Sequence record: SRR16203515_4249 | Reading direction: 5' to 3' (one strand) | DNA: 46,766 nt | Shown here: piece after piece, positions 37,329-46,766 of the stretch | How the letters are laid out: each line of letters begins with the position of its first letter | Position numbering within the stretch: the stretch's first letter is position 1 | Made by a program: the position numbers and the translations under genes | Notes under the pieces: generated by a model | Seen by the model: the letters and a program-made list of their open reading frames with translations, nothing else | What the model was told of the DNA's origin: nothing | Databases searched by the model: none

Positions 37329-38902
37329 ACGCTGCCTCTTTTTCTAGATGTTAAAATCATAACTCCAACCGATACGGCCACAAAAACAGCGGCAACCGGA
37401 TGGGTGAACAAAAACCACGGATCATTCCCTGTGGCTGCATAAGCTTGACGCGCGGTTTCTTCCAGTTTTGCGCCAAGGATAAAGGCAATGACAAAGGGCA
37501 GTGGCGAAATACCAAATACCCGCATCAAATAGCCCAAGACACCAAACCCAACGGCAAAATACAAGGCTTCGATCCGTGTCTCTTGAACATAGATTGCCGT
37601 CAGGGTTAGCAACAGAACGCTTGGTAACAAAATGTGTTTTGGAATGCGGATCATGAACCTCATCGTGCGCATGACGCGCCCGCCCACGGTCCAATTCAGG
37701 GCGTTTGCCAAAAACATCGTTGTAAAAATCCCAAAGGCCATAACCAATTCAGGATTCAAATTGACGGGATCGAATTTAAACACCGTCGGGCTTGGGTTGA
37801 ACCCACTGATGCTGTCCATCGCCAGCAGTAGAAATACAGCAGCCGCATTGCCAGGAATGCCCAGTGATAAAACGGGCATTAGATTTGCCCCAGAAACAGC
37901 AGAATTGGCCGCTTCTGTTGCGGCGATCCCCTTGGGCGCGCCTTCCCCAAATTTACCACCTTCTGTATCATCGTGGCGGCGTTTGGCAGCGGTGTAACCC
38001 AATGTTGCCGCAAGGGTTGAACCAATCCCAGGAAGGGCGCCAACAACCGTACCAATAACCGCCGAGCGGAAAATAGTGGGGGCTAGTTTTACTCGTTCTG
38101 CCAGTGTTAGTGCGCTGTTGGTATCAGATGTTGTAATAGGTTTCATGCGACTGGCGCGTTGATCAGATCGCAGCTCATCCAATTCCTTGAACACCGCGCC
38201 AATGATCAGTACCCCCAGAACCGAGGTTGCAATTGGAAACCCCTGTGCCAAGGTTTGCGTGCCCATCGATAAACGTGGATAAAAATCCTCACCCGTACCG
38301 ACATAGACCGCCAACAATCCTAAGCCTGTCGAAATCAATCCCCGTCCGACGGACCCGCCAACCACAGCGGAAATGAACGATAGGGAAAGGATCAATAGGG
38401 CGGTTTTTTCTGGCAGGTCCAAATAACGTTCCACCATTATCGCCAAGAAGGGTGCGCCGATAATCAACACCAAATCTGAAAATGTATCACCCGATACGGA
38501 TGAAAAATGCGCAATGCGCAGGGCGCGTTTCGCCTCGCCCCGTTTGGCCATGGGATAGCCATCCAGTGTTGTCATAAACGCATCCGGTGTCCCCGGTGTG
38601 TTGAACAGAATGGCGGGTACGGCACCGCCAACGGTCGCCCCCTTCATCACCCCAATCAAAAATCCCAAAACAGGCAGCAACGCATCGGTATTGTAACCAA
38701 ATGTCGAAATCAAAATGGGCAGCGAAATCGCCATCGCAACAGGCCCCGCCAACCCAGGGGTTGCGCCCACCAAAATGCCCAAAAAGAAACCAGAAATCAC
38801 CATTACTACAGTGATCGAAATGGCCAAGCCGAAAATCGAAAATGCCTCGGGCCCCTGAAAGACGGCCAAAATGCCCAACCATATGTAATCAAGCACGCTC
38901 AT
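37325..38902 (-). CDS. tctA: Tripartite tricarboxylate transporter permease
   Basis: GATPGL, AILFNTPGTP...TLDGYPMAKRG, GALPGIG, EAANSA, LSLGIPG. Confidence 0.9.
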   Translation of the reverse strand: MSVLDYIWLGILAVFQGPEAFSIFGLAISITVVMVISGFFLGILVGATPGLAGPVAMAISLPILISTFGYNTDALLPVLGFLIGVMKGATVGGAVPAILFNTPGTPDAFMTTLDGYPMAKRGEAKRALRIAHFSSVSGDTFSDLVLIIGAPFLAIMVERYLDLPEKTALLILSLSFISAVVGGSVGRGLISTGLGLLAVYVGTGEDFYPRLSMGTQTLAQGFPIATSVLGVLIIGAVFKELDELRSDQRASRMKPITTSDTNSALTLAERVKLAPTIFRSAVIGTVVGALPGIGSTLAATLGYTAAKRRHDDTEGGKFGEGAPKGIAATEAANSAVSGANLMPVLSLGIPGNAAAVFLLLAMDSISGFNPSPTVFKFDPVNLNPELVMAFGIFTTMFLANALNWTVGGRVMRTMRFMIRIPKHILLPSVLLLTLTAIYVQETRIEALYFAVGFGVLGYLMRVFGISPLPFVIAFILGAKLEETARQAYAATGNDPWFLFTHPVAAVFVAVSVGVMILTSRKRGSV

Positions 38903-39456
38903 CACACGTCCCCGTTGGGCGGCAACAAGAGATCCTCAAACGGAAGATCGTAGACCAGTATCAACACAAGTGACCAAATTAGACCGATTATCAGCGCACG
39001 ACGCGACAGGCGTCCTTCGACGACGGTGATCATACCGCCAACCATGATCACTCCGCCAATCAAAAATCCGATATGTTTGATCCCAATCATGTCACGCAGC
39101 AATCGATATTCTAGATCCAGACCAGAAATCGCCACATAGGTGTTAACCAAAATCGGCCCCAAATGACGCATCACCGAGAGAGCGACCAAGATGACAATGA
39201 CAAGTTTGAGGAAGAAGACAAATTGCGCAGACACCATCGTGAATTGCGCCTCATCTTGCGTTTCAAATAGCAGGATCAAAACCGCCCCAATCAACACAAA
39301 TCCTGCGGCAAGCGTTGGTGCCAAGGAATCCCCAATCACCCAATGACGACGCATTTTTTCCAACAATCCTGTTTCGACATCATTGGGGATCCATACGCCT
39401 AAAACGACGATGGCGAAGACCAAAAATATGCCTGCTGTGAATTTGTTTGGTGTCAT
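38902..39456 (-). CDS. tctB: Tripartite tricarboxylate transporter small subunit (TctB-like)
   Basis: Hydrophobic multi-TM protein between tctC and tctA, ending in LPFEDLLLPP. Confidence 0.7.
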   Translation of the reverse strand: MTPNKFTAGIFLVFAIVVLGVWIPNDVETGLLEKMRRHWVIGDSLAPTLAAGFVLIGAVLILLFETQDEAQFTMVSAQFVFFLKLVIVILVALSVMRHLGPILVNTYVAISGLDLEYRLLRDMIGIKHIGFLIGGVIMVGGMITVVEGRLSRRALIIGLIWSLVLILVYDLPFEDLLLPPNGDV

Positions 39457-39463
39457 GACAAAT

Positions 39464-39488
39464 AAAAAGGCCCCAAATTTCAGGGGCC
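39464..39488 (-). terminator. Intra-operon hairpin/terminator after tctC
   Basis: Minus strand GGCCCC-N8-GGGGCC-UUUUU. Confidence 0.65.
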
Positions 39489-39505
39489 CTTTCGCTGCAT
39501 TAAGG

Positions 39506-40459
39506 TTATTCAGAAGCAGCTTTCAGCAGATCACCTGCCGACGCATAATCCGAAGCGACCATTGCATCCAGATCACCACCCATGATGACAGATGCACCAC
39601 CGAATGCCTTTTTGATCAAACCGCCAGCTTTTGTTTCAGGGTTTTCGACAACACCTTTGATCGCATTGGCCAATGCCGCGCGCGCGTCATCGGGCATACC
39701 CGCTGGCCCCATGAACATGAAATACCCGTCTGCAGAAAATTCGACGCCCATATCCGCAAATGTTGGGGCATCAGGTGTTTGAACCAACGGTGCCTTAAGT
39801 GCCGATGCAAGGTTTACTAAATCACCCGCAGCAACGCCCTTGGCTTGGATACCTGCCATGAAACCAATGTCCATGTCACCAGCATTCACTCCGTTCATGA
39901 CAGCTTTGCCACCTTTTACCGAGATGATGTTGAAATCAACACCCTGCGCCTTACCCAAAAGATAGGCAAGATCGGCCAAGCGTGGGCTCATCACACCGAA
40001 ACGGATATCCTGACCAGATTTTGCCGCCGCAACGACATCTGACATTGTGTTCCAACCTTTGTCAGACCGCGCCACAACGCCCATTTGGAAACCCGCAGTT
40101 GTTGTGATCGGTGTAAAGTCAGCAGGTGTCATGCCACTGTTTGAAGCAGCCATGTTATACCCAAGCGTTTCGGTCACGGCCATACCAATAACCGTGCCGT
40201 CATTTGCTTCTGACTTCATCGCCGCCGCAAGGTTCAAACCACCTTTGCCTGTGACTTGCTCAGGAATAAAGGACCAACCCAAAGTTGCCTCTAACTCTTC
40301 TGCGATCAAACGTGCCTGGGTATCTGCGCCACCCCCAGCTGCGAATGCTATCATAAGTTTTACTGGACCCGCTGGTTTCCAGTCTTCTGCAGCTGCGCCA
40401 AACGCAGTCGCCGCGACAATACCAAGTGCCGCAGCACCTGTTTTCAGCCATTGAAACAT
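39506..40459 (-). CDS. tctC: Tripartite tricarboxylate transporter substrate-binding protein (Bug/TctC)
   Basis: Signal peptide, WKPAGPVKLMIAFAAGGGADTQARL, GKGG, PDAPTF, GPAGMP. Confidence 0.9.
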   Translation of the reverse strand: MFQWLKTGAAALGIVAATAFGAAAEDWKPAGPVKLMIAFAAGGGADTQARLIAEELEATLGWSFIPEQVTGKGGLNLAAAMKSEANDGTVIGMAVTETLGYNMAASNSGMTPADFTPITTTAGFQMGVVARSDKGWNTMSDVVAAAKSGQDIRFGVMSPRLADLAYLLGKAQGVDFNIISVKGGKAVMNGVNAGDMDIGFMAGIQAKGVAAGDLVNLASALKAPLVQTPDAPTFADMGVEFSADGYFMFMGPAGMPDDARAALANAIKGVVENPETKAGGLIKKAFGGASVIMGGDLDAMVASDYASAGDLLKAASE

Positions 40460-40521
40460 GATAATCCTCCCGATTAGATTGACATACTCTGAACCGTTCG
40501 GCGTTCTTCGGTCAAGAAAAA

Positions 40522-40537
40522 AGTTGACGTATCAACT
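40522..40537. promoter_or_regulatory. Candidate MarR operator
   Basis: AGTTGA-CGTA-TCAACT inverted repeat in the divergent tctC/marR intergenic region. Confidence 0.6.
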
Positions 40538-40596
40538 AATTTAACGTTTTCTTTGCTGATGAACAACGGATTTCACATAATATTTGGGGCCTGCGC

Positions 40597-41052
40597 GTGA
40601 ATATAGATGACCTAGAAGTCCAACAATTTTTGACCTACCGGCTTGCGCGTACGCACATGCGGTTGAACGCACAAGCAATCGGAATTCTGAAACGAAACGC
40701 GGGCCTCACATTGACGCAGTGGCGGGTGATCGCCCTACTTGCGGGAACAGATTGCAAAAATTCGTCAGATATCGAACGTCAAATTGGGATGGATAAAGGA
40801 CAACTTTCGCGCACAATTCGTGGTTTGTCTGACGCAGGGTATGTAAAATTTAAAACAGACGCCAAAGATCATAGAAAATCAAATTTGAAGCTGACGGCCA
40901 AGGCGCAGAAGATTTATGATCAAACCTTGCCCTTGATGCGCAATCGGCAACGCAGTTTGTTTGCTCATTTAGACGAAACCGAAATCAAGGCCATCTATTC
41001 GGCGTTAGAAAAGCTGGAAAAGGCGGCACACCTGTCAGAGGATGAATTATGA
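40597..41052 (+). CDS. MarR family transcriptional regulator
   Basis: LTYRL, GLTLTQWRVI, MDKGQLSRTI, DAKDHR...LTAK. Confidence 0.92.
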   Translation: MNIDDLEVQQFLTYRLARTHMRLNAQAIGILKRNAGLTLTQWRVIALLAGTDCKNSSDIERQIGMDKGQLSRTIRGLSDAGYVKFKTDAKDHRKSNLKLTAKAQKIYDQTLPLMRNRQRSLFAHLDETEIKAIYSALEKLEKAAHLSEDEL

Positions 41053-42476
41053 GCCAGTCAAATTTTTTGGTTATCATGTCAGATGAACACCAAGGTCGCG
41101 CCATGGGATGTGCGGGGCTTGATTTCGTAAAAACGCCTAATTTGGATCGCCTCGCCGCGCGCGGAACACGCTTTAGCGAGGCTTATACACCCTGTCCGAT
41201 TTGCGTTCCCGCCCGTGCATCTTTTGCAACAGGTAAACATGTGCATGAAACGCGCCTGTGGGATAACGCAATGCCCTATACTGGACAATTGCCAGGCTGG
41301 GGGCACGCACTGCAGGACAATAACATTCCTGTCGAGTCGATTGGAAAATTGCATTATCGCAGCGAGGAAGACCCAGCAGGATTTGACGTTGAACATATTC
41401 CAATGATGGTTGTTGGTGGCGTCGGTATGGTTTGGGCATCCATTCGGAAAGAGGATGAACGCATCACCCCCAATGCCCGAATGCTGGGCGGATATATCGG
41501 CCCTGGCGAAAGCAAGTACACCGAATATGACGCCGCCGTAACCGAACGAACCATCGAATGGATCAAACAAGCCGCAAACCGCGATACACCCTGGTGTCTC
41601 TATGTTGGATTGGTTGCGCCCCACTTCCCACTGGTCGTTCCAGAAGAATATTACGAAATGTATCCAGAAGGTTCCGTTCCTGAACCTGAATTACACCCCA
41701 AAACTGGGTATGAACGCCATCCTTGGGTTGAAAAACAAAATGGCAATTTCAACAGCGAAGACCAATTTGTGGACGCCGCAGAACGAAGTCGCGCCTTTTC
41801 TGCCTATTATGGTCTGGTCACATGGCTGGATCACAACATCGGTTTGATCATGGACGCCTTGGACGCATCGGGTCAGACGGATAATACAACCGTGGTCTAC
41901 ACATCAGATCATGGGGATAATGTTGGTGAACGCGGTCTGTGGGGTAAATCAAATCTATACCAAGAAAGTGTTCATGTCCCAATGATCATGGCGGGGCCTG
42001 ACGTGCCCGTTGGCGAATGCAAAACACCTGTGTCGCTTTTGGATTTGGCCCATACGATCCCTGATCACTTTGGCGTTGCATTCGACGGCCGGGCATCCCA
42101 TCAGCCCTTGCATGATGTAATTACAGCGGTGGAACAACCCGACCGCCCAATCCTAAGCCAATATCACGCAGCAGGTGCGGTCTCAGGGGCCTATATGTAT
42201 AAAAAAGGGCGCTGGAAACTGAACCATTACGTTGATTTTCCGCCTGAATTGTTTGACCTACAAAATGATCCGAAAGAACATTTTGATTTGGCCAATGATC
42301 CAGAACATGCCGACACCCTTGCACGCCTAGAGGCCGAGCTTCGCGCCATTTTGGACCCAGAGGCTGTTGATAAGATCGCATTTGCGGATCAAGCGGATCT
42401 AATCGAATTCCACGGCGGTCGCGATGCGGCACTCGCACTAGGCGCCCCCGGAGCGACGCCGCCACCCAAGGTATGA
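41049..42476 (+). CDS. Cys-type sulfatase-family hydrolase (choline-sulfatase-like)
   Basis: SDEH, TPNLDRLA, CVPARASFATG, IGKLH, APHFP, TSDHGD, LWGKS; no signal peptide. Confidence 0.92.
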   Translation: MSQSNFLVIMSDEHQGRAMGCAGLDFVKTPNLDRLAARGTRFSEAYTPCPICVPARASFATGKHVHETRLWDNAMPYTGQLPGWGHALQDNNIPVESIGKLHYRSEEDPAGFDVEHIPMMVVGGVGMVWASIRKEDERITPNARMLGGYIGPGESKYTEYDAAVTERTIEWIKQAANRDTPWCLYVGLVAPHFPLVVPEEYYEMYPEGSVPEPELHPKTGYERHPWVEKQNGNFNSEDQFVDAAERSRAFSAYYGLVTWLDHNIGLIMDALDASGQTDNTTVVYTSDHGDNVGERGLWGKSNLYQESVHVPMIMAGPDVPVGECKTPVSLLDLAHTIPDHFGVAFDGRASHQPLHDVITAVEQPDRPILSQYHAAGAVSGAYMYKKGRWKLNHYVDFPPELFDLQNDPKEHFDLANDPEHADTLARLEAELRAILDPEAVDKIAFADQADLIEFHGGRDAALALGAPGATPPPKV

Positions 42477-42558
42477 TTTCAAACCGCATTCTTTTGTGAT
42501 CTTGGGCGAATAATAGCAATTGATCCTATTGCCGAATTCAATAGGATCAGATTTCAGA

Positions 42559-44052
42559 ATGCGCAGAAATCGAAACAAATCGAGTACGGACAAGACAGGC
42601 GGCATGCCCATAAACCACCGCGTCGGCGGTGGCATCCATCGACTATCACAAGACGACCTAAACCTATTGCTGGACGCTGCCATTCAAATTTTGGAAACCA
42701 TTGGATTGGCCGAGGTTTCATCAGAAATCAGCGACACAATGTGTGACGCAGGCGCACAGTTGTCGGGCGGGCGCATCACAATACCCCGAACCCTTGTTTT
42801 AGAAGCTGTCGATGAAATGCCGAAAACCGTTTTGCTGGCAGGCCAAGCAGCCGAGTTTGACATGCAGGTCGGCGGCGAAAACGTCTATTTAGGGACGGGT
42901 GGCGCAGCGCCCATGGTGCAGGATTTGACATCTACGGATTACAGGGCCGCTGAGTTGCGCGATTTATATGACGCAGCTCGCATCGCCCATAATTGCAGGC
43001 ACATCGATTTTTTTGCGCGTTCCGTTGTCGCGCGCGACATCGACGACCCCCTGAAACTTGATCGTGCAACAACGGCTGCATCGCTTATGGGATGTGCCAA
43101 ACATGTGATGGTCCAAGCCTCAGACGCGGCACATGTGGGTGACATCGCGCAGCTTTGTTATGATATCGCAGGTGGCGAGGGTGCATTTCGCGCCCGCCCC
43201 TTTTTATCGCTAAACATCAATCACGCTGTGCCGCCCCTGCGTTTGCACAACGAAAGCATGTTGGTTATGCGAACTGCCATCAAATTTGGTATTCCTGTGC
43301 ATTGTAACGTGTTTGGCCAAGTTGGCGCATCAAGCCCCGTCACATTGGCGGGCGCTGCTGCACAAACGCTTGCGGAAACCCTAGCAGGATTGGTGTGGGT
43401 GCATATGATCGACCCCGTGGCCCCCCGCATCGCGGGGCCCCGCCCCATGATCACCGACCTGCGCACAGGTGGTTTGGCGGGGGGATCCGGTGAACAGGCA
43501 CTGGCCAACACAATGGTGTTGCAGGTTCTGCGGCATATGGATGTTCCCTGTTCCATCATCGCGGGCGCAACAGGCAGCCGACATGTCGATCACCAAGCAG
43601 GGTATGAAAAAGCATTGGGCATTTCGGCCGCCATTTCCGCAGGTGCCAATTTGGTGACGCAAGCCGCAGGCAGTCAAGCAAGCCTAATGGGAACCAGCCT
43701 TGCTGGAATGGTTGCAGATAATGATATGCTGGGCGCAGTGTTGCGCGCACAAGCGCCCGTTACGATTTCGCAAGACACACTCGCGCTAGATACCATCCAA
43801 GCAGTGGTGGAAGGTGAGGGCCATTTCTTGGGACAACCAGAAACCTATGCCCGCATGCGCAGTGATTTTGTCTACCCTGACCTCTCTGAACGTGCAGGGG
43901 CAACAGACCTTGGCCAATCTGAGGCGGCCGACATGCAGCAGCGTGCCATCCAAAGGGCACAAGACATAAGCAACGGCCCAAAACAAACCCATCTACCAAA
44001 ACACATTCATGACGCTTTGGCGGCAGAGTTCGGAATTGGAACATCGACATGA
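42559..44052 (+). CDS. Trimethylamine methyltransferase (MttB) superfamily protein, non-pyrrolysine
   Basis: ILETIG, GTGGAA, GASSPVTLAGA, DLRTG...GSGE, DHQAGYEK, GHFLG; no internal TAG. Confidence 0.9.
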   Translation: MRRNRNKSSTDKTGGMPINHRVGGGIHRLSQDDLNLLLDAAIQILETIGLAEVSSEISDTMCDAGAQLSGGRITIPRTLVLEAVDEMPKTVLLAGQAAEFDMQVGGENVYLGTGGAAPMVQDLTSTDYRAAELRDLYDAARIAHNCRHIDFFARSVVARDIDDPLKLDRATTAASLMGCAKHVMVQASDAAHVGDIAQLCYDIAGGEGAFRARPFLSLNINHAVPPLRLHNESMLVMRTAIKFGIPVHCNVFGQVGASSPVTLAGAAAQTLAETLAGLVWVHMIDPVAPRIAGPRPMITDLRTGGLAGGSGEQALANTMVLQVLRHMDVPCSIIAGATGSRHVDHQAGYEKALGISAAISAGANLVTQAAGSQASLMGTSLAGMVADNDMLGAVLRAQAPVTISQDTLALDTIQAVVEGEGHFLGQPETYARMRSDFVYPDLSERAGATDLGQSEAADMQQRAIQRAQDISNGPKQTHLPKHIHDALAAEFGIGTST

Positions 44053-44984
44053 ACACACCATTGAAAATAGCGATCATTGGGACGGGGGCCATGGGATCCA
44101 TTTACGCGGCGCGATTATCAAACGCGGGCCACTCTGTCTCTGCCATAGATCTTTGGGCAGATCACGTTGATGGCATGAATGCAGATGGCCTAACAATTGA
44201 TGGACCAGAGGGTCGATTAAAGGCAGCCAACATTCGGGCAACCCGCGAACTGCCACCCGATGAACCCTTTGATCTCTATATCATTGCAACAAAATCCTTT
44301 GCCGTGTGCAAGAGTGCAGAGGCGATTGCCAAAACACTTACGCCCGACGCGATGGTGCTGACCATTCAAAACGGCCTTGGCGCAGGCGATGATGTCGCCG
44401 CCTTCATTCCAAAATCTCAAATCATTCTGGGCGTTGCCGAGGGGTTTGGCGCGTCAATGAGAGGGCCTGCACATGCAGCACACACATCAATGAAACAAAT
44501 CCGTTTGGGCCTGATGCAAGGGGCCGATGAACACAGGTTATCCGACATCGCCAACGCCTGGCGCGATGGAGGATTCCATATCGAAATTTATGACGACATT
44601 GCACAATTGATTTGGGAAAAACTGCTGTGCAACGTTACCCTTTCTGGCCCTTGTACGGCCTTTGGTCGAAACGTGGCCGAACTACGCGCGCAGGCCGCGG
44701 AATGGAAAATTGCCCTATCCTGCATGAAAGAGGCATATGCGATTGGTATGCATTTGGGCATCAATTTTTCGTTCGATGATCCTGTACAATATGTCACCGA
44801 GTTTGCGGATCGTGTCGGCACTGCCAAACCCTCTATGTTGCAAGATCACGAGGCACAGCGTGCATCCGAAATTGGGACGATAAATGGCACAATCCTAAAA
44901 TTGGGCAACGAATTGAATATGCCGACCCCGTACAACGAAACGATCTGCGCCGTCATCCGCGCACGCGAAGCGCAGTTTGATTAA
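44049..44984 (+). CDS. Ketopantoate reductase (PanE/ApbA) family oxidoreductase
   Basis: IGTGAMG, IATKS, IQNGLG, WEKLLCN, SMLQD, EIGTING. Confidence 0.88.
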   Translation: MNTPLKIAIIGTGAMGSIYAARLSNAGHSVSAIDLWADHVDGMNADGLTIDGPEGRLKAANIRATRELPPDEPFDLYIIATKSFAVCKSAEAIAKTLTPDAMVLTIQNGLGAGDDVAAFIPKSQIILGVAEGFGASMRGPAHAAHTSMKQIRLGLMQGADEHRLSDIANAWRDGGFHIEIYDDIAQLIWEKLLCNVTLSGPCTAFGRNVAELRAQAAEWKIALSCMKEAYAIGMHLGINFSFDDPVQYVTEFADRVGTAKPSMLQDHEAQRASEIGTINGTILKLGNELNMPTPYNETICAVIRAREAQFD

Positions 44985-45118
44985 TCAGACGACAGTTCAA
45001 AAAAGAACCAATGCCGAAATTGAAATGGCATGGATATACCCGACTCGGCAAACCCATCTGTTCGTTTCATGACAAGAGGTCGTAAATCGTCATTAATTAT
45101 ATTTTTGAGAATTGGTTT

Positions 45119-45553
45119 TCATTCGCACAACGTTCCACGTGCAGACCCATCACGCAACGGCACTTCGCAATAATTACTCTGTAGAGCTTGATCTTTCGTC
45201 ATTTTGGCATGCCGCACAAATGCATCGTCAAAGTCGGCACCTGTCATTTTGGCACCTGTGAAATCCACCAGCTCAATTTCGGCCCCAGCAAAGCTTGCAT
45301 TGCTCAATCGCGCATTGCGAAATATTGCGTTGTTTGCACGTGCACCCGAAAAATCAGCACTTTCAAGATTTGCGTCGTCAAACTTTGCGTTGACCAAATA
45401 GGCATCAGAAAAATTTGCACCCGACAAATCTTGATCACGGAAGTCCGCAAAGGCCAAATTTTGCCCGCTGAAGTCACAGTCGGCACACATTGTAAAAGCA
45501 GGACCTGTCAACAAAAGGGATAGGGTCGTTGCCCATAAAAAGCGATGCAGCAT
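45119..45553 (-). CDS. Exported pentapeptide repeat protein
   Basis: Signal peptide, then CADCDFSGQNL-AFADF-RDQDL-SGANF-SDAYL... repeats. Confidence 0.88.
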   Translation of the reverse strand: MLHRFLWATTLSLLLTGPAFTMCADCDFSGQNLAFADFRDQDLSGANFSDAYLVNAKFDDANLESADFSGARANNAIFRNARLSNASFAGAEIELVDFTGAKMTGADFDDAFVRHAKMTKDQALQSNYCEVPLRDGSARGTLCE

Positions 45554-45721
45554 AGGTTATTCACCACAATAATAGTTTGTTTTGATGTTAGCATATCTCA
45601 CCCTGCCCGTAATCCAAATTTTACGGATGAACAAACCACGGACGGTGAGGATTCGCATTGATCCGCCTTGCTCAACGGCATTATGTTGACACAGCGGCAT
45701 TGTTCATGACGGAGATGTATT

Positions 45722-46766
45722 TTGAGCTTTTTGGGAATTGATCTTGGAACATCGGGCCTGCGTGCAATGCTTATGGACGAGGCGGGTTTAGCAATTCGTA
45801 CGGTAGAGGCCGCCTACAGCACGCGCTCTCCTGCACCCGGTTGGTCAGAACAAGATCCCAAACTATGGATTGATGCGTTGGATGCGGTTGTTGAGGAACT
45901 CCGCATCACCGAGCCACGCTTTGCTAATCTAATCGGCATCGGCGTTGCAGGACATATGCACGGGGCAACATTATTGGACGACATGGGGAATGTTCTGCGC
46001 CCCTGCATTTTGTGGAACGACACCCGCGCTGCGACAGAAGCAGCAGCCATAGATCAAAATCCCGTGTTCCGTGATATTTCGGGCAATATCGTATTTCCTG
46101 GGTTCACTGCGCCAAAACTGGCTTGGGTCGCGAAACACGAACCTGAAATTTTCAGAAAAACCGCGAAAGTTTTATTGCCCGCAGCCTATCTAAATTACCA
46201 CTTAACGGGCGACTATGTGGCTGATTTTTCCGACAGTGCGGGCACATCGTGGTTGGATATTAATGCGCGCGACTGGTCAAATACGCTTTTGTCCATTGGC
46301 GGCGTTGACGTGTCCCAGATGCCCAACCTGGTCGAAGGTTGTGACGCCGCTGGTATGTTACGACAGGATTTGAAACGGAAATGGGGATTGAAACAGGATG
46401 TCGTCATCGCAGGCGGCGCAGGCGATAACGCCGCCGCCGCATGTGGCATCGGTGCGTTCAAAGAGGGTCAGGGTTTTGTTTCCTTGGGGACATCGGGCGT
46501 TATCTTAATTGCCCGCGATGGATGTTATCCCGCACCCGCAACCGCAGTACACACGTTTTGTCATGCTCTGCCCGCCCGGTGGTATCAAATGGGTGTCATG
46601 TTATCGGCCACAGACAGTTTGAATTGGCTTTCCAAGATCACAGGACAAACACCTGCACAACTTACCCGCGCCTTGCCTGATGCATTGCGCACACCAAGTG
46701 CAGTGAAGTTCATGCCCTATCTTTCGGGCGAGAGGACACCCCACAATGATGCCAAGGTTCGTGGAG
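45722..46766 (+). CDS. xylB: Xylulokinase (FGGY family), runs off the right edge
   Basis: Not in the ORF track. TTG 45722 lies 7 nt after GGAG: MSFLGIDLGTSG, GWSEQDP, GHMHG, ILWNDTR, FPGFTAPKL, GDNAAAA, SLGTSG, PYLSGERTPHND. Confidence 0.92.
   Translation, partial: MSFLGIDLGTSGLRAMLMDEAGLAIRTVEAAYSTRSPAPGWSEQDPKLWIDALDAVVEELRITEPRFANLIGIGVAGHMHGATLLDDMGNVLRPCILWNDTRAATEAAAIDQNPVFRDISGNIVFPGFTAPKLAWVAKHEPEIFRKTAKVLLPAAYLNYHLTGDYVADFSDSAGTSWLDINARDWSNTLLSIGGVDVSQMPNLVEGCDAAGMLRQDLKRKWGLKQDVVIAGGAGDNAAAACGIGAFKEGQGFVSLGTSGVILIARDGCYPAPATAVHTFCHALPARWYQMGVMLSATDSLNWLSKITGQTPAQLTRALPDALRTPSAVKFMPYLSGERTPHNDAKVRG

Noticed and set aside
41049-42476. Assigning the betC symbol
   Set aside because: Only family-level motifs are seen and there is no betA/betB/betI context.
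42559-44052. Pyrrolysine-containing trimethylamine methyltransferase
   Set aside because: The ORF has no in-frame TAG and there are no pyl genes in the window.
44985-45118. Small ORFs between the panE-like and pentapeptide genes
   Set aside because: About 30 codons or fewer, no RBS and no recognisable motif.
45715-45741. ATG 45715 as the xylB start, implying a frameshift
   Set aside because: In-frame TTG 45722 has good SD spacing, so no frameshift is needed.
518-46680. Numerous 60-195 aa antisense or alternate-frame ORFs in the track
   Set aside because: They are shadows of well-supported genes, with no motifs or RBS.

Overview
Chromosomal window from a Rhodobacteraceae (Roseobacter-group-like) alphaproteobacterium, judged from gene content and synteny. 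From left to right: (1) an AT-richer, island-like block (TRAP DctP, Gfo/Idh/MocA oxidoreductase, GntR regulator, frameshifted LysE) abutting the 3' end of tRNA-Arg(ACG); (2) a core region with a histidine kinase, flavoprotein disulfide reductase, DedA, rpmH-rnpA-yidD, ttcA, yidC, MOSC protein, engB, argB, an orphan neuB, a 2-hydroxyacid dehydrogenase, phbAB and tag; (3) accessory catabolic genes: a GH3 beta-glucosidase with two oxidoreductases, a Lin0512-pair/PhyH operon, two SDRs, and a MarR-linked divergon (TctCBA transporter, two sulfatases, non-pyrrolysine MttB, PanE-like reductase), ending in a truncated xylB. Main observations: a candidate ~60-nt anti-Shine-Dalgarno sRNA with its own promoter and terminator (~30752-30812); the sulfatase/TTT/MttB divergon as a possibly undescribed pathway for a sulfated, methylated substrate; independent decay of both c-di-GMP genes in the window; two more broken genes (LysE, DUF900 hydrolase); paired PhaR-like boxes; and an 11-bp-period repeat. 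All family calls come from motif recognition by eye; no database search was run.
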